Of a stretch of 64,000 nt of DNA, positions 1 to 10,411 are shown in pieces (position 1 is the stretch's first letter; each line of letters starts with the position of its first letter). The stretch comes from an uncultured Candidatus Rokubacteria bacterium. Its GTDB lineage: Bacteria; Methylomirabilota; Methylomirabilia; Rokubacteriales; CSP1-6. Position numbers and translations under genes: made by a program. A model generated the notes under the pieces. That model did not search any database. It worked only from the letters and a program-made list of their open reading frames with translations, and was not told where the DNA came from. The DNA lies in the NCBI GenBank assembly GCA_963754315.1, contig CAVWFS010000015.1, positions 64,001-128,000 of the forward strand, given 5' to 3'.

Positions 1-54
1 AAGGCATGTTCCGGCTCGGCGATTCCCGGCAGTGACACCGAAAGTTGGGCGTTT

Positions 55-1128
55 CTAGCGGAGAATGCGGTCGCCGTCCGCCCTGTCGAAGAAGACGATT
101 CGATCCCCCCGAAACGTGAAGCCGCGTCGATCTCCGACGGCCAGCTTGTCCTCGGCGCTCACCTTCGCCACGAGAGAACTCGGTCCGCCGTAGTCGAGAA
201 ACACGAGCGTCTCGTCGCCCAGCGGCTCGGTCAGGCTGACGGTAGCTCCTCGGCCGTCGCTGTCGGCGGTCAGGCGCACGTGCTCCGGCCGGATGCCGAG
301 CGTGACCGAGCGGGACGCGACAGTCCCGCGCGGCTTGAGGTTGAGACGCAGGGCGGAGGCCTCGAAGATCAGGGTGCTTCCCTCCCCCCTGAGCTCACCC
401 TCGATGAAGTTCATGGCCGGCACCCCGAAGAACCCGGCCACGAAGCGGTTGGCCGGGTCGCCATAGACGGCGAGCGGCGGGCCGACCTGCTGCACGCGTC
501 CCTGATTCATGACCACGATGCGGTCGGCCATGGTCATGGCCTCGGCCTGGTCGTGGGTCACGTAGATGAAGGTGGCCCCCAGGGAGGCGTGCAGGCGCTT
601 GAGCTCGGTTCGCATCTCCACCCGCAGCTTGGCGTCGAGGCTGGAGAGCGGCTCGTCCATCAGGAAGACCGCCGGCTGCACGATGATGGTTCGAGCCAGA
701 GCCACCCGTTGCGCTTCACCTCCGGAGAGGGTCGACGGCTTCTTGGTCAGCAGGTGATCGACCTTCACGGTGGCCGCGACCGCGCGCACGCGCTCGGCGA
801 TGGTGGCAGCCGGCAGCTGCTTGATGCGCAGGGGGAACCCGATGTTGTCGAACACGGTCATGTGGGGAAAGAGGGCCAGGCTCTGGAAGACCATACCCAG
901 GTTGCGGTCACGCGGCTCCCAGTCCGTTACCCGGTCCGGACCGATGTAGATGTCGCCGGCGGTGGGGGCCTCCAGACCGGCGATGATATTCAGGGTCGTG
1001 GTCTTGCCGCAGCCGGAGGGGCCCACGAACACCACGAACTCACCGTCGGTGATGTCAAGGCTGACTCCCCTCACCGCCTCCGTCTGGCCGAAGCGCTTGG
1101 CGATGGAGTCGAGCCGAACGCTGCTCAT
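55..1128 (-). CDS. Carbohydrate ABC transporter ATP-binding subunit (MalK/UgpC-like)
   Basis: Walker A GPSGCGKT, LSGGE signature, MDEPLSSLD, C-terminal TOBE-like region; start MSSVRL (ATG 1128) overlaps the upstream permease stop. Confidence 0.93.
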   Translation of the reverse strand: MSSVRLDSIAKRFGQTEAVRGVSLDITDGEFVVFVGPSGCGKTTTLNIIAGLEAPTAGDIYIGPDRVTDWEPRDRNLGMVFQSLALFPHMTVFDNIGFPLRIKQLPAATIAERVRAVAATVKVDHLLTKKPSTLSGGEAQRVALARTIIVQPAVFLMDEPLSSLDAKLRVEMRTELKRLHASLGATFIYVTHDQAEAMTMADRIVVMNQGRVQQVGPPLAVYGDPANRFVAGFFGVPAMNFIEGELRGEGSTLIFEASALRLNLKPRGTVASRSVTLGIRPEHVRLTADSDGRGATVSLTEPLGDETLVFLDYGGPSSLVAKVSAEDKLAVGDRRGFTFRGDRIVFFDRADGDRILR

Positions 1129-2051
1129 CGGCGGATCATCCCGAAGCTGAACCCCTTCACCAGATGCTTTTGGATAAGGAAGCCGAAGATCACCACCGGG
1201 ATGGTGACCACGGTGCCGATGGCCGCCTGCGGCCCGTAGAGGCGCCCCTCGACCGCAGACTGGAATTTGTTCAGCAGCACGGGCAGGGTCAGAACCTTGG
1301 GCTGGCTGAGGGTCAGGGCCAGCAGAAACTCGCTCCAGTTCAGGATGAAGACGAAGAGCAGGGTCACCATCATCCCGGAGGCCACCAGGGGAAACACCAC
1401 CAGACGGATGGTGGCGAACCGACTGGCGCCCATGAGACGGGCAGCGCGCTCCAGCTCGCGGGGAACCTCGTCGATGAAGGCCAGCATCATCCAGATGACG
1501 TAGGGGAGAGTGGTGGCGATGTAGAGCAGGGTCAGACCGTAGTAGGTGTCGAAGAACTCGACACGCCGCCCGATGAGCCACTCGAAGAAGTAGGGGATGC
1601 TCGCGTAGTAGATGAGCATGGGGATCGCCACCACGATGGGCGGCAGCATGCGGACGGTCAAGATCGTGTACGGATAGTTCTTGCCGCCCGTCCGGAAGCG
1701 AGAGATGGCGTAGGCCAGGGTCGAGCCCAGCAGCAAGGACAGCACGGAGGAGATGGTCACGATCACCACGCTGTCGAAGGTGGCCTTCCAGATGTTGTAG
1801 GCCTGCTCCGTCTGTTCGCGCCTGAGCGCGCCCGTGTCAGTGGAGCCCCCGAAATAGAAGATCTGACGGTAGTTCAAGAGCGTCGGCTCGAAATCCACGA
1901 AAGGCACCCAGCGGGTGGGCCAGCTCACCCAGTCGCCCGCGTCCTTGAAGGAGGTCATGACCATCCAGGCGATGGGAAAGAGCACAATCAGCGTCCACCC
2001 GATCAGCACCCCGTGCCGCACGACCGCGAAGACGCGGGCTCGAAGGTTCAC
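1125..2051 (-). CDS. Carbohydrate ABC transporter permease (MalG-like)
   Basis: Multiple TM segments, EAA loop ELERAARLMGAS, WSEFLLA; GTG start 2051 overlaps the previous stop. Confidence 0.9.
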   Translation of the reverse strand: MNLRARVFAVVRHGVLIGWTLIVLFPIAWMVMTSFKDAGDWVSWPTRWVPFVDFEPTLLNYRQIFYFGGSTDTGALRREQTEQAYNIWKATFDSVVIVTISSVLSLLLGSTLAYAISRFRTGGKNYPYTILTVRMLPPIVVAIPMLIYYASIPYFFEWLIGRRVEFFDTYYGLTLLYIATTLPYVIWMMLAFIDEVPRELERAARLMGASRFATIRLVVFPLVASGMMVTLLFVFILNWSEFLLALTLSQPKVLTLPVLLNKFQSAVEGRLYGPQAAIGTVVTIPVVIFGFLIQKHLVKGFSFGMIRR

Positions 2052-2986
2052 CGGGCTGCCTCCGCCTCCAGGCGAGCGCGCTCGCGGCGCAAGAGCCAGA
2101 TGCTCAGGTAGATGAGGGCGGTGAAGATGACAAGCAGGATGAGCGAGGAGGCCGCCGCGTAGGAGATCTTGTTGAAGATCCACGCGTTCCGAAACAGGTA
2201 GATCGAGATGGTCTCGGTCGCGTTGCCGGGGCCGCCCTGGGTCAAGAGCATGGGCATGTCGAAGATCTTGAGGGCTTCCATCGTTCGGATGACCACCGCG
2301 ATGACGATGACGGGCGTCAGCAAGGGAAGCTGGACGTAGCGGAACACCTGCCAGCGGGTCGCCCCCATGACCTGGGCGGCGCGGATGGGGTCGGTCGGGA
2401 GCGCCACCAGACCGGAGACGAAGATCAGAAAGGTGAGCGACGTCCACTGCCACACGTCGGCCAGGATCACCGCGACCTGGGCCGCTCGATAGTCGGACAT
2501 CCAGCGGACTCGCACGTCGAGACCACTCAGCGCGCTCAGCACCGAATTCAACGGCCCGGTGTCGATGAGGAGCATGGAGAAGTCATAGCCCACCACCACC
2601 GGGATGATCATCATGGGGATCAGAAACACCGTGAAGTAGAACCGCCGTCCCCGGAAACTCCGATAGGTCAACAGCGCGAGGCCGAAGCCGATGAGCAGCT
2701 CGAGGACGACCGCCGTTCCCGCGAAGAGGAACGTCCGTCCGATGGCGTCGAAGAAGCCCGGATCGGTCAGGGCATCGAGAAAGTTGCTGAGACCTCCCCA
2801 CGGGGCCTCGGTCCAGAAGCCGCGGGTGAGCCGCCAGCGGAGCAGGCTGATGTAGATGGTGAGCACGAAGGGGACGAAGAGCAAGGTGAGGACAAGGAGC
2901 TGGACAGGGATGAGAGGCAGGAGTCGAAACACCCGCTCCTGCTCCAGCCACTGACCGAACGTACGCCGGCGGCGAGCCGCCGCCAC
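2048..2986 (-). CDS. Carbohydrate ABC transporter permease (MalF/UgpA-like)
   Basis: TM segments, DVWQWT, AAQVMGAT, LTQGGPG motifs. Confidence 0.92.
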   Translation of the reverse strand: MAAARRRRTFGQWLEQERVFRLLPLIPVQLLVLTLLFVPFVLTIYISLLRWRLTRGFWTEAPWGGLSNFLDALTDPGFFDAIGRTFLFAGTAVVLELLIGFGLALLTYRSFRGRRFYFTVFLIPMMIIPVVVGYDFSMLLIDTGPLNSVLSALSGLDVRVRWMSDYRAAQVAVILADVWQWTSLTFLIFVSGLVALPTDPIRAAQVMGATRWQVFRYVQLPLLTPVIVIAVVIRTMEALKIFDMPMLLTQGGPGNATETISIYLFRNAWIFNKISYAAASSLILLVIFTALIYLSIWLLRRERARLEAEAAR

Positions 2987-3010
2987 CCCGGAACCGGAGG
3001 TGACGGCCGA

Positions 3011-4489
3011 TCAGTCAGTACCCTCCGCGTCGAAATACGCGCCCGACTGGACGACCGACTTCCACGCCTCGATCTGCTTCTTGCGGCCGAGGTCGTCGGT
3101 GATCTTGTCCCACTGCTTCACGGTGCGCTTCATGGCCTCCTCGGCGCTGATCCGTCCGTGGTAGGCCTCCTGCAGGCTCACATCCAGGGCATCGAAGTAC
3201 TCGCGGTTGCCCGGCAGCGGGATCATGGGCACCGCGATCTTGGCATTCTCCAGGGTCGCCTTCATGAACTGCTCGCCGAAGCGGGCCACGATGTTCTTGT
3301 CGTTGATCTGGCCTACCCGAAACGGCTCCCAGAACCCGTCGCGATCGGCCACGGCGCGGTTACCGACCTCGGGACCCGTGAACCATTGCAGGAACCAGTA
3401 GGCGGCTTCCGGGTGCTTGCTGAACTTGCTGACCATGTAGTTGGTACCGGCCGGCTGGACAGAGCGGCGCACCAGCTTGCCCTTGACCATGCTGCCCGGC
3501 ATCACGCAGCTCACCACCTTGCCCTTCACCACGGTTCCCTGAGCGTTCTGGGAATACCCGACCAGGGAGGGAAAGGTCGCGATGGAGAACGAGTTGCCCT
3601 GGGCGAAGAACGGATAGTTCTGCGGGGTGCCCCAGCCGAAGATGTCGTTGGGCATGAACCGCGTGAGCGCCACCTGCTCCTTGGTCGTCTCGATCCCCTC
3701 CGGCCCATCGATGAGCGGCTTCATGTTTCGATCGAAGAAGAGCTTCCCCTTGGAGAGATACCGGCCCTGCCACCAGCGGTAGCCAAACTCCCGGGCCCGG
3801 TACTCCTGCGCCCCGTAGAGGTCCTTCTCGAGGGTGACCCCGTAGAAATTCGTGCCCTTCTTGCCGTTGAAGAAGGAGGCCAGCTGCTCCCACTGCTTCC
3901 AGGTGTCGGGGCACCCGGGTTCCCAGCCAAACTTGGCCTTGAAGGCCTTGCGCGCCTCCGGCAGCTCGAGGAGATCCTTGCGCAGGGCGAGGATGGTCTG
4001 GTCGCCGTCCGTGAAGAACGTATAGAGCTTGCCCTTGTAGTACATCTCGGTGCGAAGTGTCTTGGGAATATCGTCGAAGTACGGCTTCCCGCGAGCCGCG
4101 TAGTCATCGAGCGGGATGATGGCGCCGGCGTCGACGGCGTCGGGCAGCATGTACATCTGGTGGTTGTAGATGTCGTACTGCCCGCTCCGGGCCACCGCGT
4201 CGGCCATGATCTTGGCCGGGATCTCGGTGTAGCCGTACTCGATGGTCTTGATCTTGATCCCGGTCAGCTTTTCCCATTCGTCGAGGTACTTCGGCTGGGC
4301 CTTGGCAAGGATGGAGACCATCATCATGGTCAGCTCGATCTTGTCGGTGCCGACCTTCTTCAGATAGGCCTTGGCGCCGTTGACGGCGCGTTCTTCGACG
4401 GTTCCTCCGGGCACCACGTCGGCGGCCGCCGCACTGCCGGCCACCAGGACGGCCACGACCATGGCCCCCACCACCATCACCGTTCGCAT
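3011..4489 (-). CDS. Carbohydrate ABC transporter substrate-binding protein
   Basis: Signal peptide MRTVMVVG..AAAA, EWEKLTGIKI and PDTWKQW motifs, GGAGG RBS; upstream of the permeases. Confidence 0.88.
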   Translation of the reverse strand: MRTVMVVGAMVVAVLVAGSAAAADVVPGGTVEERAVNGAKAYLKKVGTDKIELTMMMVSILAKAQPKYLDEWEKLTGIKIKTIEYGYTEIPAKIMADAVARSGQYDIYNHQMYMLPDAVDAGAIIPLDDYAARGKPYFDDIPKTLRTEMYYKGKLYTFFTDGDQTILALRKDLLELPEARKAFKAKFGWEPGCPDTWKQWEQLASFFNGKKGTNFYGVTLEKDLYGAQEYRAREFGYRWWQGRYLSKGKLFFDRNMKPLIDGPEGIETTKEQVALTRFMPNDIFGWGTPQNYPFFAQGNSFSIATFPSLVGYSQNAQGTVVKGKVVSCVMPGSMVKGKLVRRSVQPAGTNYMVSKFSKHPEAAYWFLQWFTGPEVGNRAVADRDGFWEPFRVGQINDKNIVARFGEQFMKATLENAKIAVPMIPLPGNREYFDALDVSLQEAYHGRISAEEAMKRTVKQWDKITDDLGRKKQIEAWKSVVQSGAYFDAEGTD

Positions 4490-4511
4490 GACATCCTCCC
4501 TTGGGTGGCCA

Positions 4512-4568
4512 CGCCCGGATCCACCCGCCCGGGGAGCGCGCTCGCGCGATCCTGGATGGATCAGGGCG
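4512..4568 (-). other. Intergenic stem-loop downstream of the TRAP binding-protein gene
   Basis: Imperfect inverted repeat cgcccggatccaccc (4512-4526) / ggatggatcagggcg (4554-4568). Confidence 0.45.
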
Positions 4569-4599
4569 ATGCCCCACTTCATACCGGTCCCGCGACGGG

Positions 4600-5661
4600 C
4601 TACTTCAGGTAGCCGTGCTCTTTCCAGATCGCGTACTGTTTGCGGAATGCGGCGTAGCTCTCGTGGGCGCGCTTGAAGTCCGGATCCTTGGCGGACTCTT
4701 CCACGATCACCTCTTCCCACGCGGAGCGCATCTTGGCCAAGATCGCCTCGGACCAGTAGTGGATCTTCACGCCGTGCTTATCCACGAGCTCCCGCATGGC
4801 CGCGAACTGGCGGGATTCGCTGGTGACGAAGGTCCACGTGAGATTGGCGTCACAGGCCACCTCGATCATCTTTCGATGCTCCTCGGAGAGCTCCCCCCAC
4901 TTCTTGAGGTTGACCAGAAACTCACCCACCGAGGACTGCTGATGCCAGCCCGGGAAGTAGTAATGCTTGGCGACCTGGTAGAAGCCCTGCTTGAGATCGA
5001 TGGAAGGGAAGGCCAACTCCGTGGCGTCGATAACTCCGCGCTCAAGGGCCGGGAAGATGTCGCCCGGCGGAAGGAGCTGCGTCTGGACGCCGAGCTTCTG
5101 CATCACCCGGGCCCCCAGGCCGAAGAAGCGCATCTTCAGGCCTTTGAGATCGTCCACCGTCTTGATCTCCTTCTTGAACCAGCCCGAGGCCTCGGGCGTG
5201 ATCATGATGCAGCTGATGCCCTTGACACCGTGTCGGGCGTAGATGTCGTCCTTCAGCTTCTGGCCGCCTCCGTACCTGAGCCACGCGAGGTACTCTCCGG
5301 CCTGGGGCCCGAAGGGCACGGTGGTAAACCAGGGGGCGGCCGGAATCGTGTTCACGTGGAAGCCGGGCGTGGTCCACCCCGCCTCGGCGGATCCCTTGGA
5401 GACCGCGTTGAATATTTCGAATGCGGGGACCAGGGCGCCGGGCTCGAAGAACTTGATGTCCAGCGCACCGCCCGACATCTTCCGGAGGTTCTCGGAGAAG
5501 ATCGGGCCGCTCTCACCCACGACGTCGAGCGAGCTGGTGAAGGCGCTCGGCATCTTCCAGCGAACCTTGTTCTGGGCGGCGGCGTCCTCGATCAGGACGA
5601 GCGGCAGGATCAGTGAGCTTGCCAGGACGAGCAGGGACCGGCGCAGGATTAGCGATCGCAT
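4600..5661 (-). CDS. dctP: TRAP transporter substrate-binding protein (DctP, TakP-like)
   Basis: Signal peptide, RWKMPSAF, DLKGLKMR, ALERGVID, YYFPGWHQ. Confidence 0.9.
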   Translation of the reverse strand: MRSLILRRSLLVLASSLILPLVLIEDAAAQNKVRWKMPSAFTSSLDVVGESGPIFSENLRKMSGGALDIKFFEPGALVPAFEIFNAVSKGSAEAGWTTPGFHVNTIPAAPWFTTVPFGPQAGEYLAWLRYGGGQKLKDDIYARHGVKGISCIMITPEASGWFKKEIKTVDDLKGLKMRFFGLGARVMQKLGVQTQLLPPGDIFPALERGVIDATELAFPSIDLKQGFYQVAKHYYFPGWHQQSSVGEFLVNLKKWGELSEEHRKMIEVACDANLTWTFVTSESRQFAAMRELVDKHGVKIHYWSEAILAKMRSAWEEVIVEESAKDPDFKRAHESYAAFRKQYAIWKEHGYLK

Positions 5662-5804
5662 ATCACACCTCCGCGTTGAAGGGTCGGGAGCTCGCGTGGT
5701 AGGGATGCTGGGGTAGTGGGCCGAGCGTTGTCAATGACTTTGCGCTGCGGCGACAGGGCGGGTCGCCAGTCCTCCGGAGCCGTGGCCGGCCGCGACCACA
5801 CCCT

Positions 5805-7187
5805 CTACTCGAGGAAGCCGGCCACACGTGGCAGCCACAGGATGATGCTCGGGAAGTAGATGCAGAGCGCCAGCCCCACGACCTGCAGCGCGACGAAGGG
5901 ATACATGCCCCGGTAGACGTCGGTCATGGTCACGTCGGGCGGCGCCGTTCCCTTCATGTAGAACAGGGTGGCTCCGAAGGGCGGGGTCATGAACGCCGTC
6001 TGCAGATTGACCGCGACCAGCCCACCGAACCACGTCATGAGGGCGCCCTTGCTCACCATGTGGTCGGAAAAGTCGTACCGCATCATGATCGGTCCGAACA
6101 CCGGCAGCACGATCAGGCAGATCTCGATCCACTCGAAGGGGAAGCCGAGCAGAAAGATGAGGACCATGACGAAGGCGAGCATCTCCCACTTCGTGTCGAT
6201 GCCGAACTTCAGGAGCATCGAGAGCATCAGCTCGTCACCGCCCAGCACCCGGAACACGTAGGAGAAGCCGGTGGCGCCCAGGAAGATCAGGAACACCAGC
6301 CCGTTCGACTTGCAGGCCGACACGATGGACTCGTTCAACATCGTCAGGGTCAGGCGCCGGTTGAGGGCGGCGATGAGCAGGGAACCGAGCACGCCGACGG
6401 CGCCACTCTCGGTCGGGGTGGCCCAGCCCGCGAAGATGGAGCCGATGACGACCACCATCAGCGCTGTCATGGGAAACAGGCCCCGCCACACCGCGGTCCA
6501 GAACTCGCCGCGGGTCTGCGGGCCGTACTCCGCCGGGAGCCGGGGCGCCTTGCTGGGCTTCACGATGGCGACCCCGATGATGTAGAGCAGGTACAGCCCC
6601 GAGAGCACGAAGCCCGGCATGGTGGCGGCCAGGAACAGCGATCCGGCCGAGGTGGCGAGCATCTCCGCCATCACGACCAGCATGATCGCGGGCGGGATGA
6701 GAATGCCGAGGGTGCCGGCGGACGCGATGGTGCCGATGGCCAGCCGCTTGTCGTAGCCCGACGCCAGCATCTGCGGCAGGGCGATCACCGAGAGCGTGAC
6801 CACCGCCGCGCCGACCACCCCGATGGGCGCGGCCAGGATGGTTCCCATCACCATGACGGCGCACGCCAGCGCGCCCGGGACCCGCTTCAACAGCACTTCG
6901 GTTGCCTTCAGCATGTCCATCGCCGAGCCGGATCGCTCCAGGATCGTCCCCATGAAGATGAACATGGGAATCGACGCGAGCACCGGATCGGCCGCCACGC
7001 CACCCCACATGCGGAGCACGACGTCGTAGAGGCCGATCATCGAGAACACGCCGAGCAGCGAGCCCGCGATCGCGAAGAACAGCGCCGTCCCGCCCATGAC
7101 GAACGCCACCGGGTAGCCGGTGAAGATCACGAAGAACATCGTCACGAACATGATCAGGGCCAGGTTGTCGATCAACCAGTCGAGCAC
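5805..7187 (-). CDS. dctM: TRAP transporter large permease
   Basis: About 12 TM segments; GYPVAF, GTLGILIPP, ATPTESGA, TPPFG. Confidence 0.92.
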   Translation of the reverse strand: MLDWLIDNLALIMFVTMFFVIFTGYPVAFVMGGTALFFAIAGSLLGVFSMIGLYDVVLRMWGGVAADPVLASIPMFIFMGTILERSGSAMDMLKATEVLLKRVPGALACAVMVMGTILAAPIGVVGAAVVTLSVIALPQMLASGYDKRLAIGTIASAGTLGILIPPAIMLVVMAEMLATSAGSLFLAATMPGFVLSGLYLLYIIGVAIVKPSKAPRLPAEYGPQTRGEFWTAVWRGLFPMTALMVVVIGSIFAGWATPTESGAVGVLGSLLIAALNRRLTLTMLNESIVSACKSNGLVFLIFLGATGFSYVFRVLGGDELMLSMLLKFGIDTKWEMLAFVMVLIFLLGFPFEWIEICLIVLPVFGPIMMRYDFSDHMVSKGALMTWFGGLVAVNLQTAFMTPPFGATLFYMKGTAPPDVTMTDVYRGMYPFVALQVVGLALCIYFPSIILWLPRVAGFLE

Positions 7188-7229
7188 GATGTCTCCTCTC
7201 GCGGGCTAGGGGACGATCGATATCGGGCC

Positions 7230-7790
7230 TTAGATCTCCAGGGTCGTACTGCCGATTTGTAGATTGACCTCCGCTTCCGACCGCCCTCCGAACAAGAAGA
7301 CGATCAGGCGAGCCAGGACACTGAGGATTCCCAGCAGCACCAGCCAGATCCCGGCCGAAAAGATGACCTTGATGATCCAGCGATGGGTGAGCCCGAATGG
7401 GCTCTCCGATTGTTCGCTCACCGCGAACGAGGTAGCCACGAAATCCACGGAGTAAAAGGCCACGAGCGCCACGTACGGCAACGCGAAGAGCACGCAGCCG
7501 ACGAGCTCGATCCACGCCTTGCGCCGGAAGGCCAGCTTCTCGGTGAACGAGTCGACCCGCGGATGCGCATTGATCACGTAGCCATAGCCCATCCACAACG
7601 AAAAGATGGCGGCGTGGAAATGCCACTCCAGCTCCTGGAGCTTGGTCAGGGGAACGGGCAGACCCGTCTTGCGCGCGAGCACGTCGAAGCAGGTCACCAG
7701 CGCCATGACGAGGAGCAGCCAGCCGGAGACGTGGGCGATGACCTCGAGCAGGCGCCGCAGCCCGTCGGCTGTCCGCAGGAGAGCGTTCAA
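7230..7790 (-). CDS. dctQ: TRAP transporter small permease
   Basis: 4 TM segments, QELEWH and HPRVD motifs; TTG start uncertain. Confidence 0.85.
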   Translation of the reverse strand: MNALLRTADGLRRLLEVIAHVSGWLLLVMALVTCFDVLARKTGLPVPLTKLQELEWHFHAAIFSLWMGYGYVINAHPRVDSFTEKLAFRRKAWIELVGCVLFALPYVALVAFYSVDFVATSFAVSEQSESPFGLTHRWIIKVIFSAGIWLVLLGILSVLARLIVFLFGGRSEAEVNLQIGSTTLEI

Positions 7791-8056
7791 AGGCGCCGAG
7801 CCACGATCATGTTCGGCCGGGCATCAGCGGCGGTGCGCCTTGGCGAGATGTCGCCCCGACGCACACCGCACAGTGAGCCTCACCGACAGTCTCAGTCGCG
7901 TTCATGTCTGACGGTCCCCGCCTGCGTGGTGCGCGTCCCGGTCCTGCGTCTGGGAGTCGTGGCCCGTCCCCGGGACGGAGTGGCCCCTACTTGCCACATT
8001 CGCTCCCCCGCCGTCAAGGCCGAACCACTGCCGACGCGGTCCTCCGCCCCGGCGAG

Positions 8057-8764
8057 CTAGACCCCGAGGAAGCGCTGCTGGATGACGGGATTCTGCCGCA
8101 AGGTTTGTGGCGTGCCCTCGAACTGGATGCGCCCCTGGTCCATCACGTAGAGGCGATGCGAGAGGGTGAGGGCCACCTCTAACGTCTGCTCCACGAGCAG
8201 GATGGTGGTGCCGCGCCGGTTGATCTCGCGCAGGATCTCCGTGAGACTCTGGACGAGGAGTGGAGAGAGTCCCTCGGTCGGCTCGTCCACGAGCATGATC
8301 TGTGGACGTGCCACCAAGCCACGCGCGATGGCCAGCATCTGCTGCTCGCCCCCGGAGAGGGATCGGCCCCGCTGGCCGAGGCGCTCGCGCAGGCGCGGAA
8401 AGTAGCTGAACACCTCGTCGAGCAGGGGCGCCGGCTCCTTGACGTTGCCACCCAGATAGCCGAGGCGGAGATTGTCGAGCACGCTCAGGTTGGGGAGCAC
8501 GCGACGCTCCTCGGGCACCCAGGCGATTCCACGCTGGATGATCTCGTGGGTCGGCCGGTGGGTAATGTCCTGGCCCGCGAGTCGCACGACGCCGCGGCGG
8601 GGCCGCACGATGCCGATGATGGACTTCAAGGTGGTGGTCTTGCCGGCCCCGTTGCGGCCGATCAAGGTCACCGTCTCGCCTTCCGCGACCGTCACCGACA
8701 CCCCCTGCAGGATGTGGGCTTCGCCATAGTACGTGTGGATCTCCTCGACCGTGAGCAGGCTCAC
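8057..8764 (-). CDS. livF: Branched-chain amino acid-type ABC ATPase (LivF-like)
   Basis: GRNGAGKT, VPEERR, LSGGEQQMLAIAR, LVEQ. Confidence 0.9.
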   Translation of the reverse strand: MSLLTVEEIHTYYGEAHILQGVSVTVAEGETVTLIGRNGAGKTTTLKSIIGIVRPRRGVVRLAGQDITHRPTHEIIQRGIAWVPEERRVLPNLSVLDNLRLGYLGGNVKEPAPLLDEVFSYFPRLRERLGQRGRSLSGGEQQMLAIARGLVARPQIMLVDEPTEGLSPLLVQSLTEILREINRRGTTILLVEQTLEVALTLSHRLYVMDQGRIQFEGTPQTLRQNPVIQQRFLGV

Positions 8765-9510
8765 CGCCCGGCTCCCAGATAGGTCTGCTGCACCCGTTCG
8801 TTGGCGCGGATCTCGTCGGGCGTGCCCTCCGCCAGCACCTGTCCCTGATGGAGCACGGTGATGCGATCGGAGATGTTCATGACCAGCTTCATCTTGTGCT
8901 CGACGAGCACCACCGTCCGCCCCCGGGCGAGGTCCCGGATCAGACGCATCGTCGAATCTGTTTCCTCGGGACTCATGCCGGCCGTGGGCTCGTCCAGGAG
9001 GAGCAGGATCGGCTCGGCGGCGAGGGCAATGGCGATCTCGAGATGACGCTTCTGCCCGTGCGAAAGGTGAGCGGCCAGCACGGTCGCCTTGTCGGTGAGG
9101 CCTATGAGCTCAAGGATGGCCAGCGCCCGCTCACGCACCTGGGTGAGCCGGTCGGCTCGTGACCAGAAGTTGAACGAGTGCCCGTAACCCTGAGCGGCCA
9201 CCCGGACGTTTTCGAGGACGGTGAGGTGCGGAAAGATGTTGGTGATCTGATACGACTTGGCGATGCCGAGCCGGCACACCTCGTGCTGGCTGAGGCCGGT
9301 GATGTCACGCCCATTGAAACGGATGCGGCCCGAGGTCGGCCGCACTTCGCCCGAAATCAGGCGAAAGAAGGTGGTCTTGCCTGCTCCGTTGGGCCCGATG
9401 ATGGAGCGCAGCTCCTGGCGGCGCACGGTGACATTGGCGCGATTGACGGCAAGCAGGCTGCCGTAGGCGCGGGTCAGCTCCTCCGTCTCGAGGAGTGGGG
9501 GCCCGGCCAT
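8761..9510 (-). CDS. livG: Branched-chain amino acid-type ABC ATPase (LivG-like)
   Basis: GPNGAGKTT, LSHGQKRHLEIA, LLDEPTAG, VQQTYLG; start MAGPPLL at 9510. Confidence 0.9.
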   Translation of the reverse strand: MAGPPLLETEELTRAYGSLLAVNRANVTVRRQELRSIIGPNGAGKTTFFRLISGEVRPTSGRIRFNGRDITGLSQHEVCRLGIAKSYQITNIFPHLTVLENVRVAAQGYGHSFNFWSRADRLTQVRERALAILELIGLTDKATVLAAHLSHGQKRHLEIAIALAAEPILLLLDEPTAGMSPEETDSTMRLIRDLARGRTVVLVEHKMKLVMNISDRITVLHQGQVLAEGTPDEIRANERVQQTYLGAGR

Positions 9511-10300
9511 CAGGCCTCCTGTAAGTCCTTGCCGAGCCGGCGGCGGCGTCGACCGTGGCCGCCAATGCGCGCGTGAATCTCCAGCAGATGGCGGGAAAGC
9601 TCGCGCTTGGCCGCCGCCGTGTCCCCCCGGCGGAGATGGCCCACGATGCTCCGATGAGCGGCGAGCGTGTGACGCCGCAGCGCGTCGGACACGCCCGTCC
9701 GCCAGACGATCGGCTCCATGAATTCCACCACCGACCGGATGAACAGCGGGTACAGAGCGTTGCCGGTCGCTTCGGCGAGGAGCACGTGGAAGTTGAAATC
9801 CTCCTCGGTCTGCTCCGCGCGCCGGCCATCGGTGAACAGATGCGCTGCGCGCTCGACGGACTCTGCCAGACGCTCCAAGTCCCCGGCACCGGCGCGCAGG
9901 GCCACCGTGTCGATGATGAGCCGTTCGAGCCCCAGCCGCGCCTCGGTGATGTGATCCACGCTCAGCCCGCCGAAGCGCAGGAGGTCGCTGAGAGAACGCG
10001 TCACCGCTCTCGTGGTGCCCGTTCCCACGAACGCGCCGCCGCCCTTCCCGGGGCGAATCCGGATGAGGGCGGATTCCTCGAGAATCCGGAAGGCCTCCCG
10101 CACGGCACCGCGTCCCATGCGGAACTGTCGAACGAGCGCGCGCTCGGGGGGCAGGCGATCGCCGGGTTTGAGACGACCGGAGAGGATGCCCCCCGCACGT
10201 GTTCGACGATTCGCTCGAACACGCGCCGTTCACGCAGCGGAGACAACGCGGTCGCCTTCAGAGGGGCTCTTTCTCCTGATGCGGGCCGCATCGCCCGCAT
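9510..10300 (-). CDS. GntR/FadR family regulator with FCD domain, frameshifted near 10190
   Basis: RRVFERIVEHVRG in one frame continues as ILSGRLKPGDRLPPER..MGRGAVREA..EDFNFH in another; the shift lies at the C6 run 10189-10194; start uncertain. Confidence 0.8.
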
Positions 10301-10411
10301 GATGCCGTGTGGCTCCACGACGTGCCGCGCAGTGTCGTATGGAACCCCACCCCCGTCAAGAGAGGGTCGGAGCGAGAACGCGCGTCGCGCTCTGGCCCCG
10401 GCCCGGGGCTG

